From contig NC_043001.1 in assembly GCF_006345805.1 (NCBI RefSeq), positions 12,586,001 through 12,650,000 of the forward strand: a stretch of DNA of 64,000 bases, in the 5' to 3' direction. Position numbers and translations under genes: made by a program. The notes beneath the pieces were generated by a model. That model did no database searches. It saw nothing but the letters and a program-made list of their open reading frames with translations, and had not been told where the DNA came from. The DNA is from Octopus sinensis (taxonomy: Eukaryota). Within the stretch, counting starts at the first letter, position 1, and each line of letters begins with the position of its first letter. Positions 38,791 through 52,414 of this stretch are shown here, one piece after another.

Positions 38791-40187
38791 ATCACTTGGT
38801 TATTCGGGGGAAAGAGAGGTGGGAAAGGGAGGGAGATACGAAATGGAGGGAGGGACAGAGTGAGGGAGAGAGGAGAGAAAAAGAGGAAGATATGAAAGAG
38901 AGAGGGGAAGGGCAGGTAAAGAAAATTCGAAGGAAAGAGAAAAACAGAGGTTAGGAAAGGAAGAGAAGGGGGCTAGAGAAAGACATAAAAGGGTGATGGA
39001 GAGAAAGGAGGGAAAGGAAGTAGATATGAAGGAGAGAGGGGTAGTCCAGGTAACGAGGATGTGAGGGGAAAGAGAAAAATAAAGAGTATGAAACGGAAAT
39101 GGCCGTTGTGTGAGAGAGAGGTTACGTGAAAAACTATAGCGAGGAGAAAAAAAAGGAGGTTTCGTGACAAATTTGCTGTCTTAAATTTTTTTTAAACGGA
39201 GGATTGGAAACAAACTTGCATTATTAAATCTCAGAATGAGATTGAAACAGTAATCGCTCGATAATGTAAAGTATAGAAGCCATCTTAACATGGCTAACCA
39301 CATGGGGAGGGGGTGTTACTGTAGCTTTATAGCCCCAAGAGATCGTCGTCTCCAGCTGGCTTTAGACACCATTTCAGTGCCCTTGAAGTATTTGCAAAGT
39401 GAGGCCATCCCTTCCTCGCAAGCCTGAGTGATACGCTCGGACTAGTTTCGGGATTTTTGTCCCTTGTCAACGGATGGTAGCCACCAGGTCGCGATGAAAG
39501 AGAAGGCCTAAATCCCTTGTACTCAAATTTTCAATAAACAACATAAACAAGAGGAAAGAAAATAAACAAAAGGAAAGAATATTTATTCCCGAGAGGTAAA
39601 CATTCCAATCTTGGTTCTTCAAAAAAAAAAAAGTTTTCTATTTACACACGTTCGTTTGTTGACAGTATATTTTCCCCTCAGCACGTGGTTTCCTCTACGA
39701 TAACTCAGGCTGTTATCGCTGAGTTTAATATTATATATTCACCATCTTTTACGAATATATCATACTACCACTTTAATATATATTAAGCTTCTTTTGTTTC
39801 AAAGAGAAAACGGTTTCCTTTTATACACGGACACTTGTTGACAATGCAACGTTTCATTTAGTGGTTTCTTCCATGATAATTCTGGATTAGGTCGCTGATT
39901 TTAATAAGATATATTACTATTCTTTTATGAATATATCATAGAAGGCGATTCAAAAAATAAATAGTAATTCGTATTTTAGCCAGTTTAGTAGGTTTTTCGG
40001 TTGATTTACGTAACCTTCAGTTTGCAGTTTGGCAAACGAATCCTATATAAAAAGTATGAAACTGAAAAATAAGTCTTGATGTCGATTTGTTCGACAAAAG
40101 CTACCATTCTGTGTCAAAGCGTATCAGCAGCCCAACCAAACGAATAAATGAAAGAAGAAATGTATCTAAAGGTGTGTGTATATATAT

Positions 40188-40498
40188 CACCATGATCACC
40201 GTGACCGACCAGGCTAACAGATATTGCTACACATCACTGGTCACAATGCGCTTCGCATTATTTTTTACCCTTCAAATGACGCCACTCCGCTGGCTAAGTG
40301 ACCAGGCCAACAGAAGAAAGACTGAGAGAAAGTTGAGCCGAAAAAGTACAGCAGAGATCGCCACGACACCCTATCGGAGCCTCGGGGAGCTTTAAGTGTT
40401 TTCGCTCAATAAACACTCACAACGCCTGGTCTGGGAATCGAAACTGCGATCCTACGATCGCGAGTCCGCTGCCCTAACCACTGGGCCATTGCGCTTCC
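40188..40498 (-). mobile_element. SINE family A, tail type 1
   Basis: Homologous over its full length to 4000-4302. Confidence 0.85.
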
Positions 40499-40513
40499 AT
40501 GTGCCTGTGTGTA

Positions 40514-40546
<33 letters not shown>

Positions 40547-40547
40547 T

Positions 40548-40598
<51 letters not shown>

Positions 40599-40818
40599 TC
40601 AATATAGGGTGCCAAAAAAATTTTGTAGAATTTTTTTGCCACCAGCGGCCTAGTGGGAAAAAATTAAATAGTCATAGACCATTTTTAAGTTCATCATCAC
40701 AATCAAGGAACGGCCATAATAGGCCATTCACCCACTAGAAATAACAGCCAAAAGCTTTAACCGCAAAATAACATCAATTCCGTAAACCAGGAGAAAATTA
40801 AAAAACATTTACCCTGTA

Positions 40819-40924
40819 ATTTCTTATACGATGCACCGTTTCGTCTACTGTTTAATGGTAAACTAACCTGATTAAATTAAATCAAGCCAATCTACCATAG
40901 GCCTTAGATTCATCAGTAAGAAAT
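40819..40924 (-). ncRNA. Type I hammerhead ribozyme motif, copy 1
   Basis: ATTTCTTA-CTGATGA-[~67-nt helix II]-GAAAC ggtgcatc GTA-TAAGAAAT, with a perfect 8-bp helix I. Confidence 0.8.
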
Positions 40925-41307
40925 AGTCAAGTCGGAACAGATATTTTTCACGAGGCATTCCCGTCCCTGCCTCGGCAATATCTGACCTAAAATTTTCAAA
41001 TCATCGCACTCGCGCCAAATTTATCGGGAGCAAATAAATATAAGCCGCCGATTCCATTACGGAATTAACCAGAAAATTCATAATTAATCAATATAGGGTG
41101 GCAAAAAAATTTTGTAGAATTTTTTTGCCACCAGCGGCCTAGTGGGAAAAAATTAAATAGTCATAGACCATTTTTAAGTTCATCATCACAATCAAGGAAC
41201 GGCCATAATAGGCCATTCACCCACTAGAAATAACAGCCAAAAGCTTTAACCGCAAAATAACATCAATTCCGTAAACCAGGAGAAAATTAAAAAACATTTA
41301 CCCTGTA

Positions 41308-41414
41308 ATTTCTTATACGATGCACCGTTTCGTCTACTGTTTAATGGTAAACTAACCTGATTAAATTAAATCAAGCCAATCTACCATAGGCCCTTAGATT
41401 CATCAGTAAGAAAT
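41308..41414 (-). ncRNA. Type I hammerhead ribozyme motif, copy 2
   Basis: Same motif, with the predicted cleavage site 489 bp from that of copy 1. Confidence 0.8.
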
Positions 41415-41821
41415 AGCCAAGTCGGAAGCCAAGATATTTTTCACGAGGCATTCCCGTCCCTGCCTCGGCAATATCTGACCTAAAATTTTCAAATCATCGC
41501 ACTCGCGCCAAATTTATCGGGAGCAAATAAATATAAGCCGCCGATTCCATTACGGAATTAACCAGAAAATTCATAATTAATCAATATAGGGTGGCAAAAA
41601 AATTTTGTGAATCTAAGGGCCTATGGTAGATTGGCTTGATTTAATTTAATCAGGTTAGTTTACCATTAAACAGTAGACGAAACGGTGCATCGTATAAGAA
41701 ATTACAGGGTAAATGTTTTTAATTTTCTCCTGGTTTACGGAATTGATGTTATTTTGCGGTTAAAGCTTTGGCTGTTATTCTAGTGGGTGAATGGCCTATT
41801 ATGGCCGTTCCTTGATTGTGA

Positions 41822-41863
<42 letters not shown>

Positions 41864-41872
41864 TATATATAT

Positions 41873-41909
<37 letters not shown>

Positions 41910-42416
41910 TATATATATTATATATACACACACACAAAGGTGTGTATATATGATACATACATATAAGTATATTTGTTTGTTAGAACCAAATAACAAATAG
42001 AACACAATGCAGACACACATGTATTTATGTGTGTATAGACATATGCGCGTGTTTATGGGGGGGGGGCTGTGACTGTGTTAGCCTCTGTGTGTGTTTGTGT
42101 GTATAGCTATATTTCACCAAAGATGAAATTATATATAAAATAATGAAGTACATTAGCTCCATTATGGGTCAAATATCAAATAAATTATTACAGTTAGATG
42201 TGTGAGACGTTATTAATGAGAAGTATAACACAAACGATTGGAGTTAGACAGGAAAGCATATGTGGAAGACGGTTAGAAAGAAGAACGGAGTGGAAAACCA
42301 TGCTTCAAATAAAATTCATTAAGCTTGAGAAAAAAAATCACGAGAGTAAAAAAAAAAATGACTTCTGCTATGAGCTATAGAAGATCGATAATGTGATATT
42401 TTATCTGGGAACGGTG

Positions 42417-43062
42417 GAGAGCTGGCAGAATCGTTAGCACGCTGAGCAAAATATTTAGTTGCATTTCGTCTGTGTTTACGTTCAGAGTTCAAATTCCGCC
42501 GAGCTCGACTTCATCTTTCGTCCTTTCGGAATGAGAGTTGCAGTGGTTTAAATTAACACACCTGTACAATAATTTTTAAAAAGAAAGAAAAATTTAAAAG
42601 ACAGATAGTGAGTTAATTAGTCTTAAAAGTGTTGCATCATTCTGAAACACTCGCATTGAGCTGGCAGAAAGGTTAGCACGCCGGGCGAAATGCTTAGCGG
42701 TATTTCGTTTGCCGTTACTTTCTGAGTTCAAATTCCGCCGAGGTCGACTTTGCCTTTCATCCTTTCGGGGTCGATAAATTAAGTACCAGTTACGCACTGG
42801 GGTCGATGTAATCGACTTAATACCTATGTCTATCCTTGTTTGTCCACTCTATTTTTAGCCTCTTGTGGGTAATAAAGAAATAGATATTTCGTCTGTCGTT
42901 ACATTCCGAGTTCAAATTCGGCCGAGGTCGACTGCCTTTCATCCTTTCGAGGTCGATTAAATAAGTACCAGTTTCGCACTGGGGTCGATGCAATCGACTT
43001 AATCCCTTTGTCTGTCCTTGTTTGTCACTTCTATATTTAGCCCCTTGTGAGCAGTAAAGAAA
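42417..43062 (+). mobile_element. SINE family C: a short head (42417-42530) and a full copy with tandem body (42657-43062)
   Basis: gagctggcagaaaggttagcacgccgggcgaaatgcttagcgg...gccccttgtgagcagtaaagaaata. Confidence 0.85.
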
Positions 43063-43379
43063 TATATATATATATATATATTTATCCTCTCTCTCTCTCT
43101 CACTCTCTCTCTCTATATATATAGCTTAAAAGCCCCTCCTATTTGGCTTCTTTTAAGATTACACAATGTGACACATGTTTTGTTTATTTGTATTTTTATA
43201 ATGTTCATATATGCATTTTTTGCCACTAAATTCAGAAATCACATTCGATTTGACGTAACATCGATAGTTATTTATTCCTAATTGCATATTTGCTCGTTAA
43301 ATTTGTAACTTTTCTTTACAACACTTTGTTGGTTCAATATATTCTAGTATTGTAAGGATAATTACACAACATTTAGTAC

Positions 43380-45120
43380 TGTTTCATATATTGAACGGTA
43401 TTTAGGAAGTATAATATTAGTTAGAACAAAAAGAAACAATAAAACTCTGCTCTGTAAATACCTTGATTACTCTTTCCTTAAGATGAGAAGTGCTTTGACG
43501 ATCGAGATTTTTTCTGGAGTGTATACCTTCATCTCTTCTGACTAGAGGCCATATATAATCTGCCATCATAGCAGTATCCCATCGTCCTTGGTATCCTCTT
43601 TCAATAGTTGCGATCTCCTGATGAAATCTTTCACCATGCTCCTCACTGACATCACCCAAGCTTTCGGGGGAAAATCTAGGCGAGAGTGCAAAATATGAAC
43701 CTTTAAGGACATACGAGAACACATTTGCTTGAAGTTTTCAATAAGCTTTGCTACAAGCTCTTTGTAATTAGGATCCTTGTGATTTCCTAGGAATCCACGA
43801 ACTACATCACGAAATGCACACCAAGCTTCCGTTTCAACGTTTGTCAACGCTTTTTCCAGTGTCTTCGACTTTAACATTGCATTTACTTCGAGCCCAACAA
43901 ATATGCCACCATTGATTTTAGCCTCAGATAGCTTTAGAAACACAAGACAAATTTGTTGAAATGCTTCTACTCAAAAATATAAGGACTTCGCAAACTGTTT
44001 TACTGATCCGAGTTTGATATGAAGTGGGGGTAATAAGATTTTGTTGGAATCTACTAGAGGCTGTTTGAGAGCATTTAACATTCCCGGCTGCAGTTCCACT
44101 GGTGGGGGCCAATGCACTCTCTTGTAATTATCATCATCAGCTCTGCTGTCCCATAAGCAAAGGAAACATGAATACTTTGTGTATCCCCCTTAGAAGCCAA
44201 GCAGGAAGGCAAGCATCTTGAAATCACCACAAACATCCCACTTGAACTCAGCGAAATTTATTTTGTCGAGAAGTTCTTTGACATTGGAGAGTGCAAGAGG
44301 CAAAAAGGGATATTTTTTTCCATTGTGGAGCAACACTGCTTTGAGACTTCATGTTGAGATATCTATGAACAGTTGCCATTCTACAGAATCATGCCTGAGT
44401 CCAATAGCAGTAAGCAAACCAATCACATCTTTACAATAACACAGATCAATAATATTTTCATATAAATTTCAAAATTTTCATGGCGTTTCCAGTACAGAGA
44501 TGACTTCCAGTCTTCCCCCAGTAGATTCCATTCCTTCAACCTTGATGAAAGAATTTCAGCTCCTGACTTAGTACGACCCACATCCCTGATTAAATTACTC
44601 TGATTTGGAAAGTCACTCTTGGTACGAAAGCTTCTTCCATTTCTTGGCTGTTGCTACTTGTTGACCATTCAGATGAACTATTTTCTGGTGGTAGTGGTAC
44701 TCATAAACTGTTATCATGTGGGACAGGCGCTCTAGATGATGGTATGTTTGGATACTGAAGAGTTTGTCTGCCTTCCACTTTTCTGTACTTTGTCAGATCG
44801 ATCATACAAAAGTGATAGTCATCGTGATGGTTCTTTGGCTCTCTCCATACCCTTGGAATGGCAAAAGGCATTGACCTTCCTGTACCACTTAACCATCCTT
44901 CTAGAGTAGATCGACAGTTTCCACATATCACATGTTGGGCCCATGGTTTGTCCTAGTCACCAATGGGCATTCTGAAATAGCCTGTACGCTATCCACAATT
45001 TGGCACCTTTCACGGTCTTATGTAATACCTGCCTCTTTCCAATATAATAACCACACACATAGCAAAATGTATCTGGAGAATTTTTACATATTCTAGTAGC
45101 CATTCTGAAAGTAGCAGAAC
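43380..45120 (-). mobile_element. DNA transposon transposase, decayed; probably CMC/Chapaev3-like
   Basis: MATRICKNSPDTFCYVCG (ATG at 45103), ICGNC...MPFAIPRVWREPKNH, LSEAKINGGIFVG, MSLKVHILHS and LGDVSEEHGERFHQEI...YQGRWDTAMMADY. The superfamily is assigned from recall. Confidence 0.7.
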
Positions 45121-45559
45121 TTAGTAATGGATCTGAAAGAGAAAATTAGACATACATTTAGTAGCGGAACATTATAACAATACCGAATATATAATAACAT
45201 TGAAAATCGACATATTCTTTTAACTGTTGAGGATACACAAAAAATAATATCATTTTTTGAGTCAGCAAAAAGAATGGATTCATAAATAATAAAAACAAAA
45301 TAAATAAACAATATTTTTTTATTGTTACGTTGTATAATGTATAGCTTTTAAGCGATTGACCCCGAATGGAGAGATCTTCAAATAGATCTCTCACTTGTTT
45401 TGGAGAATATTTTTCAATTGCTTCCTCCAGAGTCTTATCCCAATGATGATCATAGGAATCCAGAATTTCAGGATTGTGGATCCGGATTCGGCCAGGAATG
45501 TTTTTAATTTACTCACAAAGTTTGCCTAACTCCAAAATGCTATGAGATGTTGGAGTGTT

Positions 45560-46260
45560 CAGTATGTTGGTTCAGTCTTCAGTATATTGCCCACCGGACT
45601 TTTTGTCAAATAGACATGGTTAAACTACGAAGAGCGACAAACACTCCAGATACATTCAATAATCTACCCTGTATTACAACAACAAAGAAACACAGACGTT
45701 TACAGTATTATCCATCCCAACACCCCTCTAGTAAAGCAAAACACAAGAAGGAAAAGTATTCGAAATACACAACATAATAAAAAGGGAAAGACAATCAATG
45801 CCACTGAAACAATTCCTCACAAGTGCTAAATTACACCGACAATCGGAAAGTGTGGTCACCCTAATTGCGGGACTTGCATTAATCTTATTGAAGTCACAAC
45901 ATAACAATTCATATCAAGACAGATTTTTACCGTAAAAAATCGCTTTATATGTTCTTCAATGAATTTAATACCTGCTATCAAATGTCAAGGATGTAATGAA
46001 GACAATATAGGACAAACAAATCTTACTCTAAGCAATAGACCGACCATTCATCGACAACAAATACGAGACCCCAGTGCTAAACATATTCCTCTGAGTGGAC
46101 ACATAGACATATGTGCAAAATTAAGCCCTGAGAACTTCAGATTTTCCCACTCTACCTATGTTCAGCGAATACCAAAGATGAGGTACGGATAAACAAAGAA
46201 AAAGCTTGCATACAAAAGTACAAACTAAGACAAATTTTAACAGACTACATGCAGAAATAA
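45560..46260 (+). mobile_element. Penelope-like GIY-YIG fragment
   Basis: NLIPAIKCQGCNEDNIGQTNLTLSNRPTIHRQQI...LSGHIDIC. Confidence 0.78.
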
Positions 46261-46769
46261 TTATGAAGACGCAAAACTCATTCTGTCACGTAACATGTGG
46301 AACCTACTCAAATTACAACGTTAATTTTATCCATTCGACTACATACAAACGACTCTCCCACCAGACAGATAAAATTTGGAGTTTCTTGACTGTAACTAAG
46401 CAGGTTGAGGCGCAAAATATACTGTCACGTGACACTAACGCACGGACTAGCGGGAGACATAAAAAATGCTATAAACTTAATCATATGGTCATTCTCTACA
46501 AACACTTGACAGAAATCATTCAGCGCATTGATTGTTTGGACATGTTCAATCAACTGTGTCAGCCTTAATTTACGACGCCAAACATCGTCACTTCATACTA
46601 ACACACAGACGTAGCGGGTAACCTAGAAAAATTTTGAAGAATAGTCATGTGACTATCTTCTACCAATCAAATACTATAACAAACATACTAATTTTAGCGA
46701 CATAAGCCACGTCTTTCTATTTCAACTTTTTTCAAAATCAGTGCGTAGATACATACATACATACATACT

Positions 46770-46849
<80 letters not shown>

Positions 46850-46949
46850 TGTGTGTGTGTGTATGCATGTGTACACGAGTGTACAGAATGAGTACTTGCA
46901 TCGCTAAAAATAGAAGTAAAAAATGCTTCTGTGCTATATATATATATAT

Positions 46950-47082
46950 AATTCATAGTTAAGGGCAAACGAAAAATTTCTAATGCCAAATATGCCGAAA
47001 AATTGGACATATCGTCCATTAACCATATGATTTTTTCACAATACGCACGCTACTATTTTTCGTTTGCCCTTATCTATGAATT
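46950..47082. mobile_element. Small MITE-like element with ~28-bp TIRs
   Basis: aattcatagttaagggcaaacgaaaaat / atttttcgtttgcccttatctatgaatt, with 1 mismatch. Confidence 0.7.
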
Positions 47083-47605
47083 GTTTATAAATTTAATCTT
47101 TAAAGGTACTTTTTAATATGCTGGTCATTGATAAAATTTTTTTGGGAAATAATTTTTTTCGAAAAAAGTTTTATCCTACATTAGATATATATATATATAT
47201 ATATATTAATTTGCCTGTAGTTGTAATAGTATGTTAATAATACCGTCTCTCTTATACTTATTTATAAGTAGTTTCACGTATTTGATTTGTTTAAATTGTG
47301 TTTTTTTTTTACATTTGAAACGAACTTTGCAGACATGCTGCGGGTAAATTTTAGTAGTAGTTAGGTGGCAGATTCTGGGTAAGAAGAAACAGGCCCCTAT
47401 TTGGGGCTCATTCCGAAACCATGGTACCAGGTGGACCAGTTTTATTTGTGCTGACCTAGTAGAGATAAGGCGCTTTTAATGTTCACTGGAATTTTTTCCT
47501 ACGAAGCCTGTAGTAGATTTGTGACGATTCTGTGGCACAGAAATATTTTGGGCGCCTAGTTTTAGCAATGCACGTTCCCACGTAGTACCGCGTGTATATA
47601 TACGT

Positions 47606-47634
<29 letters not shown>

Positions 47635-47637
<3 letters not shown>

Positions 47638-47835
47638 GACCGCGTGTGTACCGTTGGCGGCATTTTTGTCATCCGTCTTCCCCTCTTTGGATCTTTTCTT
47701 TTCCTATGTTTCTGACGAAGAGCTCCGCTCGAAACATTAAACCTCCTTCTTTCCTGAGCGTTCAATAATACTATACTTGTTCCACGTCCTCGCGTTGTTG
47801 TGTTTTCTCTTTGTGTTTTCATGTTTGGAGTAACT
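47635..47835 (+). mobile_element. Short PLE pLTR-like element with a minimal hammerhead, core intact
   Basis: 47708-47742 reads GTTT-CTGACGA-A-GAGC tcc GCTC-GAAACATT-AAAC. Confidence 0.72.
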
Positions 47836-48434
47836 ATATATATATATGGAATTTCTATGTATGTATGTATGTATGTATGTATGTATGTATGTATGTATGT
47901 ATGTATGTATGTATGTATGTATGTATGCATGAATTTATGTCTGTATGTAGGTATATAAGCCTATATAAGCATATAGGATTAAAAGAGGGAAAAGCTTGCT
48001 GGAGGAAACGTTTTGAGTGAATTTGTTCTTTTCAAAGTGTTCTGTCTGTGATTATCAAATAAAGAAATCTATTTTTCAAAAACTTGGCCTCTCCTTAACA
48101 TTTTATCTCAGGACATTTTTAAACACACACTCGCGCTTTTGTCCGTGTAATGTCTTATGTACTGAAACCTATTCAGTCTGTCTCCTCCTATTAAAATTGC
48201 GTGTGTGTGTGTGTGTGTGTATCTGTAGATATGTATATACGTATACATATATATTCTTTCACTTGCTTCAGTCAAATCCAGGAGATATTCTTTGTAAGGT
48301 TAGTACATGTGATATCGGTTGCTTTTGAAGAAGTGCTAAGTTAAGGAAAATAAACACAGCAACATCGGAACATCGTTTCTCGAACGATGCTGGGAGGACA
48401 AACCCAGGCACAAAGATACACACACGTATATATA

Positions 48435-48481
<47 letters not shown>

Positions 48482-48495
48482 ATATATGTGTGTGT

Positions 48496-48547
<52 letters not shown>

Positions 48548-48849
48548 TGTGTGTGTTTGATTGTGCGTATGTGTTTGTAAGGAAAATACGAATAGGTAGA
48601 TGCAAGAACATTTTAGAACCGGTTTCAGTGTTTGTGACTTTTTCATCGTAGAGCAAAGCATAAAAACTATTAAATTGTGGAAAAATTAAATGATTTTTCC
48701 ATAGTCTTCATATACGTGGGGCATTTTCCTTTCTTCTTTCTCCTTATCGTTTATTTTTGTGAAGGCTCGGTAGGTATGTGGTTGTAGATCTGAAGGAATA
48801 TTTAACATTAAAATATATATCATAGCAACTGTGATATGACAGAATCTGA

Positions 48850-49800
48850 TGAGCGAGCTTTTTACCTATAGTAATTTATAAACTATACAGGTATATTGTA
48901 AAATTTATATTATATGCATTAATAAAGGTATGTAAATTAACTTATTATTTATTTATTACGCATTGAAATCAAATGTTTCGATGTTATAAAGGCCGTGAAA
49001 CAATTGTATTTAATTGATGTCGATTAGCGAAATAATTTTTCTCATCCTATAATTATTCTATTTCTTTACATTCTATAAATTTGTAATGAAATAATCATTA
49101 TTGATTGGATGTATTGGATTTTAACTGCATCGTACTATACATTATATCCTTTTATTTTGTGTTGGCTTACTGTGTTTTTTAGCCTGAGACATTACATAAG
49201 ATTGTTTATGAGTACCACCGGATTAGCTCTATCCATGCGTTGTGCATTTAATTTACATACATACTGACATGAATACTATATATATATAGTCTAATCTAAT
49301 ATTGGTGGAATTCAGTGGCTTTACGAAAGAGGAGAAACACTCGATTTACCTAAATCTGACAAATTCCCTATTCATAAATTCCTTTCTGCTGTGTTATGAC
49401 AAATAATTCTTACAATGTATTGCAGAGATCAATCTTTCATTGTGTTGTCATCCGTACATTGGAAATTGAAAGATTTATAATCCCTTCAGAGATCGAACAG
49501 CACATAGCGGAATCGTATCAATTCACAAACATCGGAGAGATAGCATAATTCCATGGATATATTAAAGAATTTTGAGTCGTAGCATTTACCCACAATATTC
49601 ATTGTCTTAAGATAACCAACCACGGTTTTTCTTTTTGTTTTTTACAATGCCGAGTGATATTGTAATTTTATTAGTCATTGCAAATAATATCTTCTCAATT
49701 CTAAATCTCTTTAAACACATGTATACGTGTTGGGTGATCGAAGTGTACGCTATCGAACTACAAAAATTGCCAATATATGATCATTATCTATTCCGTTGAA
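48850..49800 (+). pseudogene. Possible decayed rhodopsin-type GPCR (FMRFamide-receptor/Srw-like chemoreceptor type)
   Basis: TM2-like MSISEIIFLIL (49017-49049). About 50 codons later, TM3-like YYTLYPFILCWLTVFFSLRHYI (to ~49198), resembling YP..WLTV.IS.ERYI. The downstream part is less clear. Confidence 0.35.
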
Positions 49801-50429
49801 CCACAGTTTTTAGTGATAAACCAGAAATACATAATACAGGAGAAGTAAACTGTACGATGTTTAAAATGAAGCGTATTTGCTTTTATGCTTCTCATGTTAT
49901 TTTGCCTTTGTTTGTTGTGTGGAATATGTTACACGTGTATTGGGTATTTTATTTGATTAGAACAGTATTGCACATAAGTTTGTTGATTTAGCAATGTTAT
50001 GTTATCGGGTGATGAATGAGTACTCGGAATCATCTGAATTACGTGTCCTATCGTTTTTGTAGATTGTTTAAACTATGCATTGCGCATGTGTAGCGTCCTT
50101 TGTGTTGTATCATATTCCATGCGATCGCGCAGAATATGCGTTACGGAGAATTTGTTTAACTATTAGTTAACGATGGAGAAGAATCCATGTTGGAAGAATA
50201 GGTTTAATAAGATTTGCGATGAATATATTCTGTGTGTGAGAAGTACACTACACGTCTTATGCGAATAATTTCAATATGACAAACCTAAATTGAGCGTTTT
50301 CATATTAACGATGGTCTATTTAGTATTCTGTAAAAAATTATCTCTGATTTCTGTGATATTATTTCTAATAGATTTGTCATACCCTACGCCCAGGTATTTT
50401 TTTTCTTTCATACTCCCATTTTGTTTATT

Positions 50430-52033
50430 TCAATTCAAACACCGTTATAAGTTGATAATTTTGGGCAATTGGATAATAATTCTAAAATAACGTTGCCATT
50501 GTTTTTTATAATATATCAATCGAATATCTCTGAGATATGATTTTGTTTAGATTGCATTACGATGTTATTTTTATATTTTAAATTTTCATTACTGTGTATA
50601 TTATGCTGCATATGCACGCAATTTTTACGTCATAAATGACGCAAAATAGAAAACAATTATTTCATATAACGATATTTGCAACTGCGCATACGTTTTTCAT
50701 TTTGAAACAGTCATTCGCAATATTTCATATGCTACAATATCGAGCATTTGAAGTAGTAATCATAGGTGTTCGTTTCTATTGTAGTGGCAGTACATTCATG
50801 AAACACAGATGCAACGTATAAGAAATTTTGGAGAAGCAATTATTCAAATACACAAGCGATGCTTCATACTTAAACGCAATTCTACATATCATGTAAATAT
50901 ATATTATGTAAATAACAAGTTGTGTGTGTTACAGAGTACGGCAAACAAAAGTTATGATATTGTATTCTACATAAGGCGGCGAGCTGGCACGCCGAGCGAA
51001 ATACTTAGCAGTATTTCGTCTGTCGCTACGTCCTGAGTTCAAATTCCGCCGAGGTCGACTTTGCATTTCATCCTTTCGGGGTCGATAAATTAAGTACCAG
51101 TTGCGTACTGGTGTAGATCTAATCGACTAACCACCACCCCCACCAAAAAAAAAAATTAAGATAGCGGCTAGCTGACAGAAACATTAGCATGCCGGGCGAA
51201 ATGCGTAGCCGTACTTCGTCTGCCGTTACGTTCTGAGTTCAAATTCCACCGAGGTCGACTTTGCCTTACATCCTTCCGGGGGTCGATAAATTAAGTACCA
51301 GTTACGCACTGGGGTCAATGTAATCTACTTAATCCGTTTGTCTGCCATTGTTTGTCCCTTGTGTGTAGTAAAGAAATAGGTATTTCGCCTGTGTTTACGA
51401 TTTGAATTCAAATTCCGCCGAGGTCGACTTTGCCTTTGATCCTTTCGGGGTTGATTAAATAAGGACCAGGTGCGCACTGGGGTCAATATAATCGACTTAA
51501 TCCCTTTGTCTGTCCGTGTTTTTCCTCTCTATGTTTCGCCCCTTGTGGGCAATCAAGAAATAAATATTGTATTGTACATAATCATTTTCAGTCAAAAGTA
51601 GAAATCATATGTGAGCATCTGAAAAGAATGAAAAAATAATTTGACGATGCATAATACAAACGACCGTTCCGATGTGTTCCGCAACAAGGAGAGAAGGAAG
51701 TGATAAAATACCACCTTTGAAAATAGCGGATGCAAGCTTTTATAAACAAAAAACAAAAAACACAAGGCTTGGCTAATGTCCATATGATTGTGTGAGAAAT
51801 CGATTGGGTTCAAGGCATTTGGAATGGTTGAGATCATCTTTGACATTCTCCCTTACAGGACTGACAATGTAAACATCAGAGTTACAATATTTGATTTACT
51901 CGTTAGTTACTTCCTCAAATTTCGTAACAGTATATTGAATTATTTCTGCAGGCAGGGAATGACTTTCTTAACTTTGCAAAATCTGGAAAAATCGATATCC
52001 ATAAAAACCAAGAATTTTGTTATGGAGGCATGA
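50430..52033 (+). pseudogene. Possible decayed GPCR split by a SINE
   Basis: LIILGNWIIIL (TM1-like), FIIYQSNISEI*FCL (TM2-like), EVVIIGVRFYC (TM3-like) and DIVFYI|IIF across the SINE. ORF 51788-52033 has AFGMVEIIFDILPY (TM6-like) and LLVSYFLKFRNSILNYFC (TM7-like). Confidence 0.4.
50975..51563 (+). mobile_element. SINE family C multimer with an 18-bp target-site duplication
   Basis: TSD atattgtattctacataa (50957-50974) / atattgtattgtacataa (51564-51581). Confidence 0.9.
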
Positions 52034-52414
52034 ATATAAATATCAAAGTTTATAGACCTGGAGACACTGCTCGACGTGCAAAGTTAGAAAGTCATTCATA
52101 TCACAGAAAAACAAAACCGACACAGATTTTCTATGTTGCCAACAGGTAAATATTTACAATTTGTTTGATATTACTCTTTTACTCTTTTACTTGTTTTAGT
52201 CATTTGACTGCGGGCATTGTTCAAGGACATTTCGTTTTTACCTGGTCAAAGAATTAAATCTTCAAACTGACAATTATAATTTACATGTGTGTATGTGTGT
52301 ACATGCACATGTGCACACACATACACACATGCACACACGCATGCTCACACACATACATATACATACATTCATACAAACATACATACAAGGCCACTTTAGC
52401 AAATTTAATGATAT

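Larger units (their letters stand above)
40592..41825 (-). mobile_element. Tandem 489-bp hammerhead-containing repeat (2 units plus an inverted partial unit); retrozyme-like or PLE pLTR-derived
   Basis: Units at ~40592-41080 and ~41081-41575; inverted segment at ~41608-41825. No ORF; flanked by (TA)n. Confidence 0.85.

Noticed and set aside
38800-39170. E/R/K-rich ORF end
   Set aside because: GA-rich low-complexity tract.
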